NCBI GenBank assembly: GCA_964234715.1
Contig: OZ174280.1
From: Podarcis melisellensis
Taxonomy: Eukaryota
Direction: 5' to 3' (one strand)
DNA: 64,000 nucleotides
A program made the translations under genes and the position numbers. The notes beneath the pieces are model-generated. The model had not been told where the DNA came from and did no database searches. It saw only the letters and a list, made by a program, of their open reading frames with translations. Positions 1 through 12,600 of this stretch are shown one piece after another; within the stretch, counting starts at the first letter, position 1; each line of letters begins with the position of its first letter.

Positions 1-97
1 GTCGTTGCTGCATCTCCTCCAGTTCTGTGATGCGCTTGCGCTGACGTTCTGCCTCTGCCTCCTTCAGTACCATCTCAGCCTGCATGTTAGCACGAGC
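1..97 (-). CDS. DEF6: DEF6 exon 8, partial (ARANMQAEMVLKEAEAERQRKRITELEEMQQR...)
   Basis: ctgcag| acceptor at 98-100; in frame; truncated by window edge. Confidence 0.9.
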
Positions 98-1484
98 CTG
101 CAGGTATAATAATACCATGCGGTTAGTATGTAGAGTACACAGCCCAACAGCAGGGGGCAGAATCAGCTACCTAAACGCAGCCTACAACTCAGCCGTTGGT
201 GCAGACTGGTATGGCTTTTGTCATTTCCAGTACAGATTTGTGGATGTACGAAGACAGGCATGCAATAATTAGCAGCGTAGAAAGAAGCAAAAGTGAGTGG
301 CTCAGTGGGGTGTGGGCCTCAGATTGGAATTCTTTTTTTGTGGGGGTGGGGTGGGGGGGAGGTAACACTTATTGGAATGTTAAGAGAGGTCCATGACCTC
401 CCCTATAGGAGATTTCTGCCTATTTGCCTTGGTGGCTATTAAATGATGCCATGATGAATATAACAATGCCGAGCTGGATGTTTTGCACTATGGAATATGT
501 CTGTCACTCTGAAGCTGGGTAGTGACTGCACAGAATTCCACTTGAAGCAAGAAAAATATTTTTCGGACACAGTTCTTTGTTGCACAGAGCCTGAGTAATA
601 CTTGATGCATGTTGCCTCATTTTACAGCTTGCTTGCTTGCTTGCATTAGATGTGCCACAATTATGCAACAAATAATAAGTAATCTGCATGCCATGAAAAC
701 AAGGTGACATTACAGTTTCTAGTATACAGCAGGCCCCTATTTATAACAAGCTATTCGATTAATATCAGCAGTTAACAACTATATAAGCTTGTTATTGGCA
801 TCCGTCTGACTTGACAGACAATGGAGTGTGCCTCTGGTGATCTCCCCGGGGCACAAGTCTAGGCAGCGTGTATGGAGGTCCTGGGCTGCCCACACAAGAC
901 CCCCCTCTCGGCCTTGCTGATGTGGACCACAGTAAAGCAGAGCAATACATTTGGCACCAGCTTGGCTTCAGGAGTTTTGCATATTATTACAAGAACCCTG
1001 AACCTGGCAGAGTAGCACATGGGCAGCCAATGCAGATATTTTTGCAGAGATGTCACATTCTGTTGGTCTTACACCTCCATCAGTAGTGTATAGCCACTGT
1101 ATTCTGCACTACTTGGAACATCTGGATAGCACCACACAGCAAAACCATAGTGCAGTGCTTAGGCATGTGAGCTGCTAATCTTAAGGCAAGAGAAAGCAGG
1201 CCTTCCATCACTTCATGCTTCTCAAAAGGTTGTGCTCCCTCCTCGTCCAGCTTCCTTGCCTAGCCAGTCTAGGCTGAAGGTCCCAAGGAGACCTATTGCA
1301 CAAGCTAGAGCACTGAACAAGCCTCTAAAAATTCCACGGCATTCCTAACCCCTCCTGGGTATTGTTGGCAAGCTGACTGACCCACCAAAGATGCCAAGGA
1401 GGGATTCGTATCTTTGTTGGCTGATCTTGTCTACCAGGCAGGCTGTGGATGTGGGAGCCCCCTTGCCCTTCTCCTTGAACCCAC

Positions 1485-1783
1485 CTTCTCAGCTTCCTGC
1501 AACTGTATCTCCAGCGTCCTCTGCATTTCCTCATGCTGCTGCTGGCGCCGCTCCTCCTCCTCGTGGAGCAAGAGCTCAGCTTGGCGCTGGGCCTCCTTCA
1601 GCAGCTCCAGCTCCTGCAGCTTGCGCTCTTTCTCCTCCTGCAGCTGCTTCAGGCGCTGCATCTCCTCCTCCTTGGCAGCCTTCTTCCGCTCTCGCTGCTC
1701 CCGCTGTTCCCGCCGCTTCTGCTTCAAGTCCTTGTGCAGAGACTTCTTGCCCTCGGCCTGGAGGCGGATTGCCATCTGGATGG
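1485..1783 (-). CDS. DEF6: DEF6 exon 7, coiled coil ([29 protein letters not shown]...EIQLQEAEK)
   Basis: ggcag| acceptor, |gtgggt donor; 299 bp, phase 1-0. Confidence 0.95.
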
Positions 1784-2664
1784 CTGCCAGGGGAGGAAGG
1801 GCCAGAGATGTCAGAAGGGGACATAGGGGCTGCCTTGGCTAGCGACTATAAAGAGCCGCTTGACTCACAACCACTTCTCTATCCCTTAGGGTCAGGGAAA
1901 CTCAGGTCCAGGGTCCAAATATGGATCTTGATGTCTTTATATCTAGTGCTCAGGGATCTTCCTAGGCCACACCCTTTACTGGCCCTACTTCTTGGTTTTG
2001 CCTGGCTGGAATGTGACCTTGAATTCTGATAATGTCTCTTGCTCCCATGGATGGAGGAGAGGTGAGTGCATGTAGAAACAAAGCCTAGTGCACAGAGGTA
2101 AGATTTACATTAATTGCTCCTCCCACCTTTGCCTCTGGCTCCACCCACCACTGGCATGTAGCCCCTGGAAGGTTACCTCAAAGGGATGTGGCCCACCAAT
2201 GCCTTAGACCATCTCCTGTGAGGCTCTTCTCTAAAGCCTCACCCTTTTCAAAAGTGAGGCAGGTAAAGAAAGAGAGGGGATTTAGCACCCCTGTCATGGG
2301 GACATCCTCTCCAAGGAGGCTCACCTGGAAGCAACGTAGCATAAACATAAGCCACCTTAGCTGCCCAGGCTTTTTACCTCATTGAACTGTTCCATTATCT
2401 GCTTGTCTGATTAATCATTTTCATTGTTTTCATGAATTGCACTTCTAATTTTTTTAAAACTTCCCTGCAATTGATTTTGATGATGGGCAACATAAAAATA
2501 CGTTAGAGAAATGAAATAAGGAAGAGTTGCAACATTCAGCACCCATGACCCCCAGAGTTTTGGGATATCTGCTTTCTTGTCTGATGCTATTCAACAGGAA
2601 GCAAAACCAAACTTCCTTTTCATACTGCAAATTCATAAAAGTTTTGTGGTATGCAAACGAAGAA

Positions 2665-2668
<4 letters not shown>

Positions 2669-2707
<39 letters not shown>
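2669..2707. repeat. (AC)n microsatellite
   Basis: Direct reading. Confidence 0.98.
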
Positions 2708-2710
<3 letters not shown>

Positions 2711-3073
2711 GTGTCAGACTGGCAAGACCTTGTGGTTCCATATTATCTTGTCTCCTATTTCTAACACTCAATATTATTTAGCTACTACTAGGAGGCCAAG
2801 ATTCTCGCAGAAGACAATATTAAAATAATCTGCACTGAAATCCCAAATAGTTACACAAGACTGGCTTTCAATCCAGAATCATGTGTTTTTATGTTTTCAA
2901 AAAATGTTGGCCATGTGAGTTACTTTAGCTTGGGCAGTTCAAGTCATACGGGGAGAAAGTCAATCCATGAATGAAGGCTACCTAAAGGGCCAGAGGCTCT
3001 TGCTACTTTCAGTTTCATATCTTAATTTCAGCAAATCTCCAAAGGTGCAGGAGAGAAGAGCCACAGTACTCAC

Positions 3074-3182
3074 CAAGCGTCCACTCCTGCCTTTGCCTGG
3101 TATCCGAGGCGCTCATTTCATACGTCCGAGAAGGTGTTTTCACACAGAACATACACCGTTTCCCATCCTTGTCGGGCAAGAT
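3074..3182 (-). CDS. DEF6: DEF6 exon 6, PH domain end ([36 protein letters not shown])
   Basis: aag| acceptor, |gtgagt donor; 109 bp, phase 0-1. Confidence 0.93.
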
Positions 3183-4350
3183 CTTTGAATAAAGGAGGAA
3201 CAGTTGACACCTCCCTTCAGCCACAAGCCCACCTAGAACACTGCCAAGGCTTGAAATGCCTCAAGCCAAGGATGGCCACCCCTGCCTTTCCCAACCACAA
3301 AACAACATCCCCATCAAGGCTCTGCAACCCAGCCTGGGAGACGCTGCAACCCTGCTGACTTCCACTCCTTGCTGAAAGTGGAGCTAACAGTCAGCACTGA
3401 ATTTACACCCAGTGCTGATTGCAAGCCCTACTTTCAGCAACTATCTTTACAGCCTTGGCTTGACTTCAATCCATGGCTGCAAATCTTCCCATACAGTATG
3501 AGCTGGGGCTGCAAAGGAAGAGTCAGGCAATTGATAGGTATGGCGGCCTTCCCCACCTGTCAAAAGTGGGCCATGGAGGGCGGGCCAGTTCTGGACTGGA
3601 TCCAGTCCATCCGTCCCCTGTCCTCACTATTAACAGGCACAGCATGGCTTGTCTCCTCAATTCCTCTCAGTGGTGCAATAGGTAATTTTAGACTCTGGGT
3701 GGTATCCAACAAAATAGCTCCATCACCACAAGGATTTTTATTCATGCAACAGAATGTCCTCTCCCCAAACACCCTCCCCAAATCTGCTATGGAGGGTTGG
3801 GGGAACCAAGAACATATTTAGGGGGTGCAGAGAGGAGAGGAAGTTCAATTGTGCAGCCATAAGTCCTTGATTTCACTGGATACTGCCCTATGGTCTTAAT
3901 GGACTTATGTGGGGGAGGCGCATTTTTAGACATTAATGTGCACTAAAATTCATGTCAAAGTGTGATAAACAAGTCCTGCTGCATTTGGAGGCTCTCGTAT
4001 TCATTTTGTCAAGTGAGGACCTGGACTTTGTGCCACGATGGCACTACTGATTCTACATTGTTTTCCCCATACTTGGCTGTCAGCAATATAGTAATTTCCT
4101 TCTTATTTCTCCTTTTGGGGGAAGGTCTTAAATATTTGGGGGAAGGCCTTCTCAGTATGGACAGCGCTCATCCAACTGCTTCCACCAGACCAAGGACTTC
4201 CGGCTGTTCAGTGGAACCTTCCCCTTTCTCTCCTCTTTCCTCACACCCATTAAATACGTCCTGGGGATCCCCTAAGCCTCTGGAGCAGATATGGGGAGGG
4301 CGCAGGAAGCACACAGGGAGAAGAGGACGTTCTGCTGTGTAAGTGGAGAT

Positions 4351-4775
4351 CACAGAATCATAGAGTTGGATAGGACCCCGAGGGTGATCTAGTCCAGCCA
4401 CCTGCAATGCTGGAATCTCAACTAGATCATACAAGACAGGTGGTCATCCAACCTCTACCTAACAGCCTCCAAGGAAAGAGAGTCCACCACCCCTTGTGGG
4501 AGTTTGTTCCACTGTTGAACAGCTCGTGTTGTCAGAAAGTTATTTCTGCTGTTTCATTGGAATCTCCTTTCTTATAACTTGAAGCCATTGGTTTGAGTCC
4601 TACCCTCCAGAGCAGGAGAAAACAAGCTTACTCCATCCTCCATGTGATAGCCCTTCAGATATTTGAAGATGGCTATCATAACACCTCTCAATCTTTGCTT
4701 CTCCAGGCTAAACATACCCAATTCCCTCAACCATTCCTCTTAAGGCCTGGTTTCCTGACCCTTGATCATCTTGGA
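4351..4775 (-). mobile_element. CR1 LINE 3' fragment
   Basis: TCTATGATTCTGTG terminus and typical CR1 3' region; boundaries approximate. Confidence 0.8.
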
Positions 4776-4789
4776 TAACACCCTTTGTT

Positions 4790-5130
4790 TTGAGATCTTC
4801 TGCTGAGGCTCTTCTCAAAGTGCCTTCCATATCAGAAACACAGAATAAAACAGTAATGGAGAGGGCTTTACTTTTTCCTGCTGGTGATGCCAGGTTACAG
4901 AACCCTCTTCTTAAAGAAGTATGCCTGCCACCTACATTACAATTTGTTTGGCACCAGGCAAAAACATTTATTCCCCCCAGGCATTTTTAATATATGTAAT
5001 TGCTTAAACTTGCTGTATGTTTCAAGCTGCTGCCTCATGTTACGGTTAATAGTTATGGTTTACTGCTTGTTTTAGTGTTTTATAATATGCATTATGAATT
5101 ATTTTGGACTTGTCATTGACCATCTTGGAC
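4790..5130 (+). mobile_element. Decayed L2 3' fragment
   Basis: LRSSAEALLKVPS...ERA resembles the intact copy at 33.7-34.3 kb; other decayed L2 pieces at ~860-1090, 22550-22880, 30190-30640, 35250-35620, 51050-51190. Confidence 0.65.
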
Positions 5131-5240
5131 TTTTATTGGCTGAAGAGGGAGAGGAGAAGCCACACACTGTCACCAGCTGCCTCATGAGAGGACTGCATCT
5201 GCCTATCATGTTCCTTTTATTTCAGAGTATGTCGAATTAC

Positions 5241-5387
5241 CTCCACACAAGAGTTTCTGTCCAAAGAAATGCTCCCCTTTTTCTCCTTCCGTTCCTCACT
5301 CACATAGTAAGAGAGATCACTGGGCTTTAGGGTGAACCATCGTTCAGACCAGTTCCTTCTCAGATGACCTTTCTTCCATAGATAGCC
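5241..5387 (-). CDS. DEF6: DEF6 exon 5, PH domain start ([49 protein letters not shown])
   Basis: cag| acceptor, |gtaatt donor; 147 bp. Confidence 0.95.
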
Positions 5388-6530
5388 CTGCTCCCAACCA
5401 AAGGGACAGAGAAACAGAGAGTGAGTAAACAAAGATCTCTGTACCAAAGATCTTTGCAAGACTCCACCTATATTACAGCCATAGCACAGATTTGTGTCAC
5501 AAAGGAGCCAAAGAAACTGGCAAATTTAGAACATGGATTGTGTCAACTGATCTCCAGCTTATCTTACACAGGTATGTGTAAGTGTATACATGCATATTGT
5601 ATATTCTGAAAGGTATACCTTATCACTAGCTTTATATGAGGTTGCATCTATGTGGCAACTTCCCACATGGCCAATTTACTTCTGATGTGGAATAAACAAC
5701 TGCCACCAACTAGCAGGAGGCTTTCTACTTGAGCCTTTCCTTTGAATGAGCTAGATATCAACCTTAATGAACCTTGAGCTTGATCTGCCTGAACTATTAC
5801 AAACAGGACCATGTGGCTTGTGGGTGTCAGGAATGCTGACTTGTTTTCTTCCTCTTTGCGCAGTGGACTTAGCACAGTGTCCTATTTCCTCATTGGCTGC
5901 TGGCATATCCTCAATGCTGTACACTCAGCAAGCTTCCAGAATTTCCCACTGTCAGGCATGCTGATTTGGCACTTTTGACAGCTCACAGGCCACAAGGGTA
6001 TTGTGATTCCTGACTGGCTGATTGACTGATCAGGACTGATCAGGATTAGCAAAGTGTGGGAAATCTTCCAAAGGACTGGCATGCAAAATCCCATGCTAGC
6101 TGGTAGATACAGCAACTACATCTTGGTGTGCAGAACCCAGAAGAAAAATGGAACATGCATACAAGCCTAAAAGTTGCCTACCCGATTATCCTTAGCATAT
6201 GCAGTTACCATTCTATAGGAAAAGACAAATAAACATCAGTGTAGGTTCTCTGGTCTCTTCCCAGATGGTTGCTCCCCCCCCCTTACCTTGTTCTACTGTT
6301 CCTCTCACTTCAAATACCACAAATTAGATCATTTCCCACCCCTTTAATGCTCTTGTTATCATTGTCCAAAAAGGTAACTAGAATGTGCAGTAGATGCAGT
6401 CTCCATCAGGCCAATACAGACTTTATTAGAGAGGAAGAAAGCTGTGCTGGGTCCCCGTGTATTATTTCCTGTTCATAGGTAGTTCCACAAACCCAAGCAA
6501 AGGATTTCCTAATCAAGGACAGCTCTTTAC

Positions 6531-6758
6531 CTGTTTGAGCACATCTCCAATGATCTCCTGGTAGACTTCTTCAACAGCCATGCTAATAGCCTCACGCTCA
6601 ATTCCTCGTAGGAACCGGCCCGAGTTTACCAAGTCAAGAAACTGCCAGACTGTCAAACCACTCTGCTGTTGAGGCTCTTGAGAAAAGAAGTCTTCTAACT
6701 CCCCAGAGTTGAGCTCAATGCTCATGGCTGTGCAGATCTTCTTCAGGAGGTATTCCAC
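6531..6758 (-). CDS. DEF6: DEF6 exon 4 ([13 protein letters not shown]...[14 protein letters not shown])
   Basis: ttccag| acceptor, |gtaaag donor; 228 bp. Confidence 0.95.
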
Positions 6759-8807
6759 CTGGAACAAGCAGGGGAAGTCAGCAGAGAAGGAACTAACCAT
6801 GTTCTCTACTTCTAGGTATCAGATGTAATTTGAATTCCCCTTGGGATCACATACAATTCCTTCTTGTGCCATGGAATTTCACTCCATAGACTCTTATTGC
6901 TTCAAGTCAGTTCTTGCTTCAAGAATTCTGTGGTTCCACATGGCAACAATATACAGTGACATATTATCCATTAAAATTCTCCAATAACTGTACCCAGGGG
7001 AAAGATTCAAAGTCCACTTATTTAGAAGTATCATTCAGTTCAATGGAACTTATTCCCAGAAGGAATAAAACAACGTCCCAATTGCAGAATGGCAGAGAAG
7101 TATTGCTTCTTTGCTGCCACTGCTGCCACCAAAACAGGCACAATAATGTGTTTATTCCTAGTGAGTTTTCCATTACCTGCATTCCAACAGGGAAATGGAC
7201 AGAAACAAAAGTAAAATTAGTTGGTTTTGCCTGTCATTGGCTTTGTCTACTTTGGCCTTCCTGCATTCCACTCTACTAGTCCCCATAGTTATTAGCCACA
7301 GCTGCCACTACCTGTGGTATGAAAAGGTATCTAAATACACCTGAAGGCTGAAATCTCATAGTCACTTCCCTAGGTGTGAAGTCCCACAGAACTCAATGGG
7401 ATATACTTCTGTATAGATGCACGGAAGTTTGCAGCATCTCCTAGGATTTATTGTTTATTTTGACTATTTAGAAGCCGGATGCCAATGCTAGATTTAAAAA
7501 TCAAAAATCCTCATCCATTGTGGATTCTTACACAAAACCACCAAATTCTTTAAAAACAAATGCACGCTAGCGGATGCTCAACTCCACTGTTGGTGGAGTT
7601 AGAAAGACAGCATGCTTTTTCAAGACAGGAAATGCCTTGGTAGGAAACAGGAAGCGTAGCTGATGACTGCATGTGCACACAGGGCCTTTTCTGCTGAACT
7701 ATAAGGGGGATGGAGAAAGAGTGTCAGACACAGGGGAGAGAAAAGCTTGATGGCTGTCATCACACCTGACATCATCTGATGAGCTAGATGCAGTGGAAAC
7801 TCCTGGAAACTATATGAGATTCTTTTCTGGCTAGGTCTTTATTGGCTTTGGGACCAATGTGAGTCAGGGTTTAGTTTCTGGTCTTTAGATTTACAAACCA
7901 CCTGACTGAGATTTTGCCTTTGTACTAAGGAGCAAAGGAAATCTCCTTCCCTCCAACAACATGTCTTGTGGAATTTAGAGATTATTGCTGTTATTACCGG
8001 CTCTGCTAGACTGCACAGCATTTCTTTATTGCAATTAACCCTTTGGGTGGAGCCAACATGTTCCAGATTCGTATCTCAACATGTTTTAAGAATGGGTGTG
8101 TCCAGAGCTGCAGTTTTTCAGTCTACAACAGAAAGCAGCATGAGGAGCAGCCTGCATCCTCTCATTGCACACATGAACTGGGTTTACACTCTCGCTCTAA
8201 AGGACGGATGACATTAATTAGACATGCATGTTTCTGCCTGACTGGCCTAAATGAAAGTCACACACCGTCCCATTTCCTGGCCGTTGTTTCTCTCCGCCTC
8301 CAAGCTGGCTTGTTTGGTTTGGGGTTGTTGTTTTTTAATGTTGAGTCTGTGGCACTACCCTTTTGCATGCATTCATGTAGACACCTTGTCCACATGTTGG
8401 CTAGTCTCCTCCCAGCAGAAGCTAAACACAGCCACAGTGTTAACCCAGAATCCAACCACCTCACAGAATCTTATTCCCCCACCCTCAAAAAATCTTCCCA
8501 CCCTACCCTGCCTGAGGCCAGCTCCAGGCTACCCATTTGTGTGTGTGGAAAAATAAAGAAAATGTATCCGGTGTGATTGCATGTATGAGTGCAACTGTGC
8601 AAATTCAGCATTTATGAAACCCAAAGCACCTGCAGTTTTAGGAGAAGCATGGATGTAAGGGAAGCAGATGGAAATTGCTATGGGGACACTGAGAAACAGA
8701 AGTGAAATACAGCACTTTGGGAAGGGCCATAGATCAGTGGTAGAGCGCATCATTTCCAGGCAGAAGGTCCCAAGTTCAGTCCCTGCTATATCCAGGACTA
8801 GGGCTGG

Positions 8808-9460
8808 TAAGTACCAGCTGGAGCCCCATGGAGCTGTCATGGAGGGCTGGTTGGATCCTGAGAAGCAGCAGGAGAAGATCAGGGAGCTGCAGTTAGATGA
8901 CTCTGGGGAGGGTCCCAGTGGGACAGGAGAAATTCCAGGGAATCCCTGCCAGATGTCCAACATCAGGGAGGGGAAGGGGAGCTGGGAAACAATGATCCAG
9001 GGGAGGGGCCAAGTGGCTTAACAGAGAATTCAACCCCAATGAGATATGATATTGCTATTCAGGTGTTTCCTCCTGTCAGCACAGAGCCTTCTGCTTTTAA
9101 GGAGGCAACAGAGTATAAATCTGATGTTGAGCACGCACTGACAGTGCTTCCAAGAACAAGGAGATGCCAGTGCTAACACAAGTAGACCTCCCACGCCTAA
9201 CATGGAGGAGTGCATGTTCGTTTGCCTAGCCCTGAGACTTTGGCTGCTTGCACTAACTGCTGTGCCTGCCCCATCCTTTTATAAGAAAGATCCAGGGGGC
9301 ATGTTGCTTGTGGGTCAACATCTTAGCTTGTGCCTGGCCATGCCTATGTATCTCTGTGGCTCCTTGTAACTTTGCATTGTTTTGACTTTTGCAGTAAAGC
9401 CTTTGGCAGAAACAAGAGTCTGCAGTTCCAGTTCTTCATCTAGCAGTGAGGGTCAGGACA
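8808..9460 (+). mobile_element. LTR-like insertion splitting a Squam3-like SINE
   Basis: SINE head at 8718-8807 and SINE 3' half at ~9461-9553 flank it; TGTCATG...CAGGACA ends, TATAAA and AGTAAA motifs; no clean TSD. Confidence 0.4.
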
Positions 9461-9992
9461 CTCACACCCAAAATCTGGGGGAATCATTGGCAGTCAGTGG
9501 ACAATACTGATGCTCCAATGATTTGACTCTGTATAAGGCAGCTTCCTATGTTCCAGATACAAGAACGCTTGTTTTTGGGTCAATCAAAAAACAATCGGCA
9601 TGAGTATAACAGATCATATATTGTGCAGGAGATTTGTAAGCACGAGCAAAACAGGGGCTATAAAGCAGAAACTCTCACAGGCTGCATAGGGACATGCAAC
9701 ATGTTAACATGTAGAAAAGGGCATCTTCTTGTTCACCATATTCATCCCTTGGCCACACAGGGTGGAATCTTGAGCAGCGATCAGATGATGCAAGAAGCAG
9801 CATAGTTTGGATCTGCAGGCCTGTATACAGAAATCTATGATAGCTAGACTCAGACATGTATATAATTGCACTTCAGACAATGATTATAATCACATGGCTA
9901 AGCCCTAACGATGCAAAATATACATAGCGTGACTCATCCCTTATCAAAAGCACTGCAAAACAAAAAATAGTATTACTTAAAAGCAATCATAC

Positions 9993-10178
9993 CTCGTCAG
10001 GAACCATAACAAGAGGGTACTTGTCTTCAGATAAGAAGTTAAAGAGACACCAAAGTTTGAAAGCATCTTCATGGGATACAACACTATTCCCATTCCGGTT
10101 TGGCTTGTAATTCTTCTTTGCTGTCAAGGTCCAGCAAAGCTCATCAAAACTCTCCTTGACAAAAGCACCTTCTTCTAC
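9993..10178 (-). CDS. DEF6: DEF6 exon 3 ([24 protein letters not shown]...[23 protein letters not shown])
   Basis: tgcag| acceptor, |gtatga donor; 186 bp. Confidence 0.95.
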
Positions 10179-11660
10179 CTGCAAACAAAACGTAAGTGAT
10201 AGCTCTAGTGTTCTGGAGCAAACAGTGTGATGCAGCAGCAAGCAAACCAACAAACCTAATGCAATTCTAGGCTGTATCAACAGAATTACAGTGGCCTAAT
10301 CAAGTGACTGGTTGAGTGGAGTGATGAATACCAGAGCACACGGAAATGCCATTTACCTTCCCATCACAGCGGTACCTATTTATCTATTTGCACTGGTATG
10401 CTTTGAAACTGCTAGGTTGGCAGAAGCTGGGACAGAGCAACAGGAGGTCACTCTCTAACCACTACACCACACTGGCTCTCAGGTGTCCAGTCAGGTGATG
10501 CATGCTGGCAATGATTAGGGTCAAAGCCAGCAATGGGTAGGGCCAGAGACACCCTCTTATTTCTCTCTCTTTATGTTACAGCCTTTTCTCTCTCGCACCC
10601 CCCTTCACCTCTTCCTTTCGATCCAACAGACTATCAGTGGAAAGACAGGTCGCTCTTTCCAGGTCTGAACTGATCATTTAGAAAGGGCTTCTCCCCTCAC
10701 CCTTCCATTGCTACATCTGTTTTGGCTCACTCCCCATTTTTTCCTCCGACACCTTCCTTCTCTCCCTCTGGGCTCCCCCCTCCCACTAAAATTCAGTTGT
10801 GCGATATATATGGCCTTCAGACCAGAGGTTACTCTCCTACGGTTTAATCTTTGGCAGTGGAGTGCATATACATATTTAGCATCTGATGGTAGCCAGTTAT
10901 TATCTCAAAGCACCTGGTTTCAGCTCTTTCTATGGGACATATCATTTAGACACTGGGCTTAGGAACCCTCCATGTGCCCTTTCTCTTAGGCATTCATGTT
11001 TGTGATGCTTGTGATGATATTGAGGCAGTCCTGCTTTCATCACAGTTTTCAGCTACATAGGTTTTGGGGTGTCACACTGCTTCATTTCCAATCAGTGCAT
11101 CTCATGTAACATCCTGCTAAAACCCCATAACTTTTGATACCATGAATGTTCTGGTTTATTTCTGTTCCTGTTTTGCTATAGCACCCCAGGACAGCAATAA
11201 TGTGGTAGTACTGGGGAAGCATCACAAAAACAGCTAATAGAACAGAATAAATTCACCACTCCCATTAACTATTATCGTGTCAAGAACTTGTTGCAAAACA
11301 CACCTGCCATAAAACACTAGTCAGGGAGGGACCCAGCAATTTCCCTCTCATAAAGAGATGAGAAAAGCTGCTTCTTCTGCAATGTCCTTATCTGCACAAC
11401 TGTTGGTGATAAAAGAGTCCAATATCCTTTTGCATCTGGTTACTTTAACTGACTAGCAATAGATGAACTCATTTTTGCTTAGCTGGGGTATTGGCATTTA
11501 CAAACTTTCTTGCTGAGTATTCAGAAAATAGTTCATCTGTTTTCTGAGCACTCTCTCCTAACTTATAACACTGCACTGGCAGATGTATCCTAATGCACCT
11601 TAATAATAATATTCCTCCTTTGGTAGTGTGGCTCCCAGCACCAGCCATGGTAGAGAACTA

Positions 11661-11870
11661 CAGTGGTACCTCGGGTTAAATACTTAATTCGTTCCGGAGG
11701 TCCGTTCTTAACCTGAAACTGTTCTTAACCTGAAGCACCACTTTAGCTAATGGGGTCTCCCTCTGCTGCTGCACCACTGGAGCATGATTTCTGTTCTCAT
11801 CCTGAAGCAAAGTTCTTAACCCGAAGTACTATTTCTGGGTTAGCGGAGTATGTAACCCAAGGTACCACCG
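11661..11870. mobile_element. Tc1/mariner (Tigger-like) MITE
   Basis: TIR CAGTGGTACCTCGGGTTA / TAACCCAAGGTACCACCG, TA TSD. Confidence 0.88.
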
Positions 11871-12553
11871 TACTTGGAAAATCCAGCCACCATCTCTTTC
11901 CCCCACCCCACCCCCCAAATCCCACCCCTGGAATAAAAGAGGCTTTTAGAACCAGATGGGGAGAATAAACCACACATTTACAAGAAACCATCCAAGTAAA
12001 TTGACTCAGATAATACAGATTAATTAGTCTTTTAACTTTTGTCATTGTTCTCTTTTTTTAAAAAAGAAACACTTCTGCATTTCTGTTAATTTTCAATTAC
12101 AACATACTATTTCACCTACTCATAAGAATTTTAGATACTAGTCATAGCTCAGATGAACACATGCAACAATTCCCCAGAGTTCAAGGGAACCATGACGTTG
12201 ACTAAGATAGCGTGAGGACACAAAAAGAGTCTGCTGGATCAGGACAGTGACCCTCTCAGCGAGCATCCTGTTCTCACAGTAGCCAACCAGTGGCTTGTGA
12301 ATCATCAATATTATTATCTCCCATATGGCAAAGGAGAAAGGTGGTTGGGAGAGATTGAGGCTGAGAAAGACTGGCTTGCCCAAGGCCACTTAGCGAGTTC
12401 ATGGCAGAGATGACATTTGAACTAGGGAAATACCGATTCAGTCTGTTAGCCACCAGCACTTCATTTGCTTCCCCTGTGCAATTGCATCAAGCTTCAAAAA
12501 GTACTATGTAGTAAGGGAAGTGATACACAATTGTTCCCTGGCTCTTTAAACAG

Positions 12554-12555
<2 letters not shown>

Positions 12556-12597
<42 letters not shown>
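12556..12597. repeat. (GT)n microsatellite
   Basis: Direct reading. Confidence 0.98.

Positions 12598-12600
<3 letters not shown>

Noticed and set aside
1391-2029. Plus-strand ORFs of 97-212 aa
   Set aside because: Antisense shadows of the low-complexity coiled-coil exon 7 of DEF6.
3183-3185. AAG acceptors (DEF6 exon 6; also ZNF76 exons 8 and 9)
   Set aside because: AAG is an uncommon but normal U2 acceptor, and the frames are preserved.
9675-9830. Possible DEF6 cassette exon and CATG cluster resembling a p53 site
   Set aside because: The candidate splice sites give a frameshift or stop; CATG spacing (7-8 bp) does not fit the 10-bp p53 half-site register.
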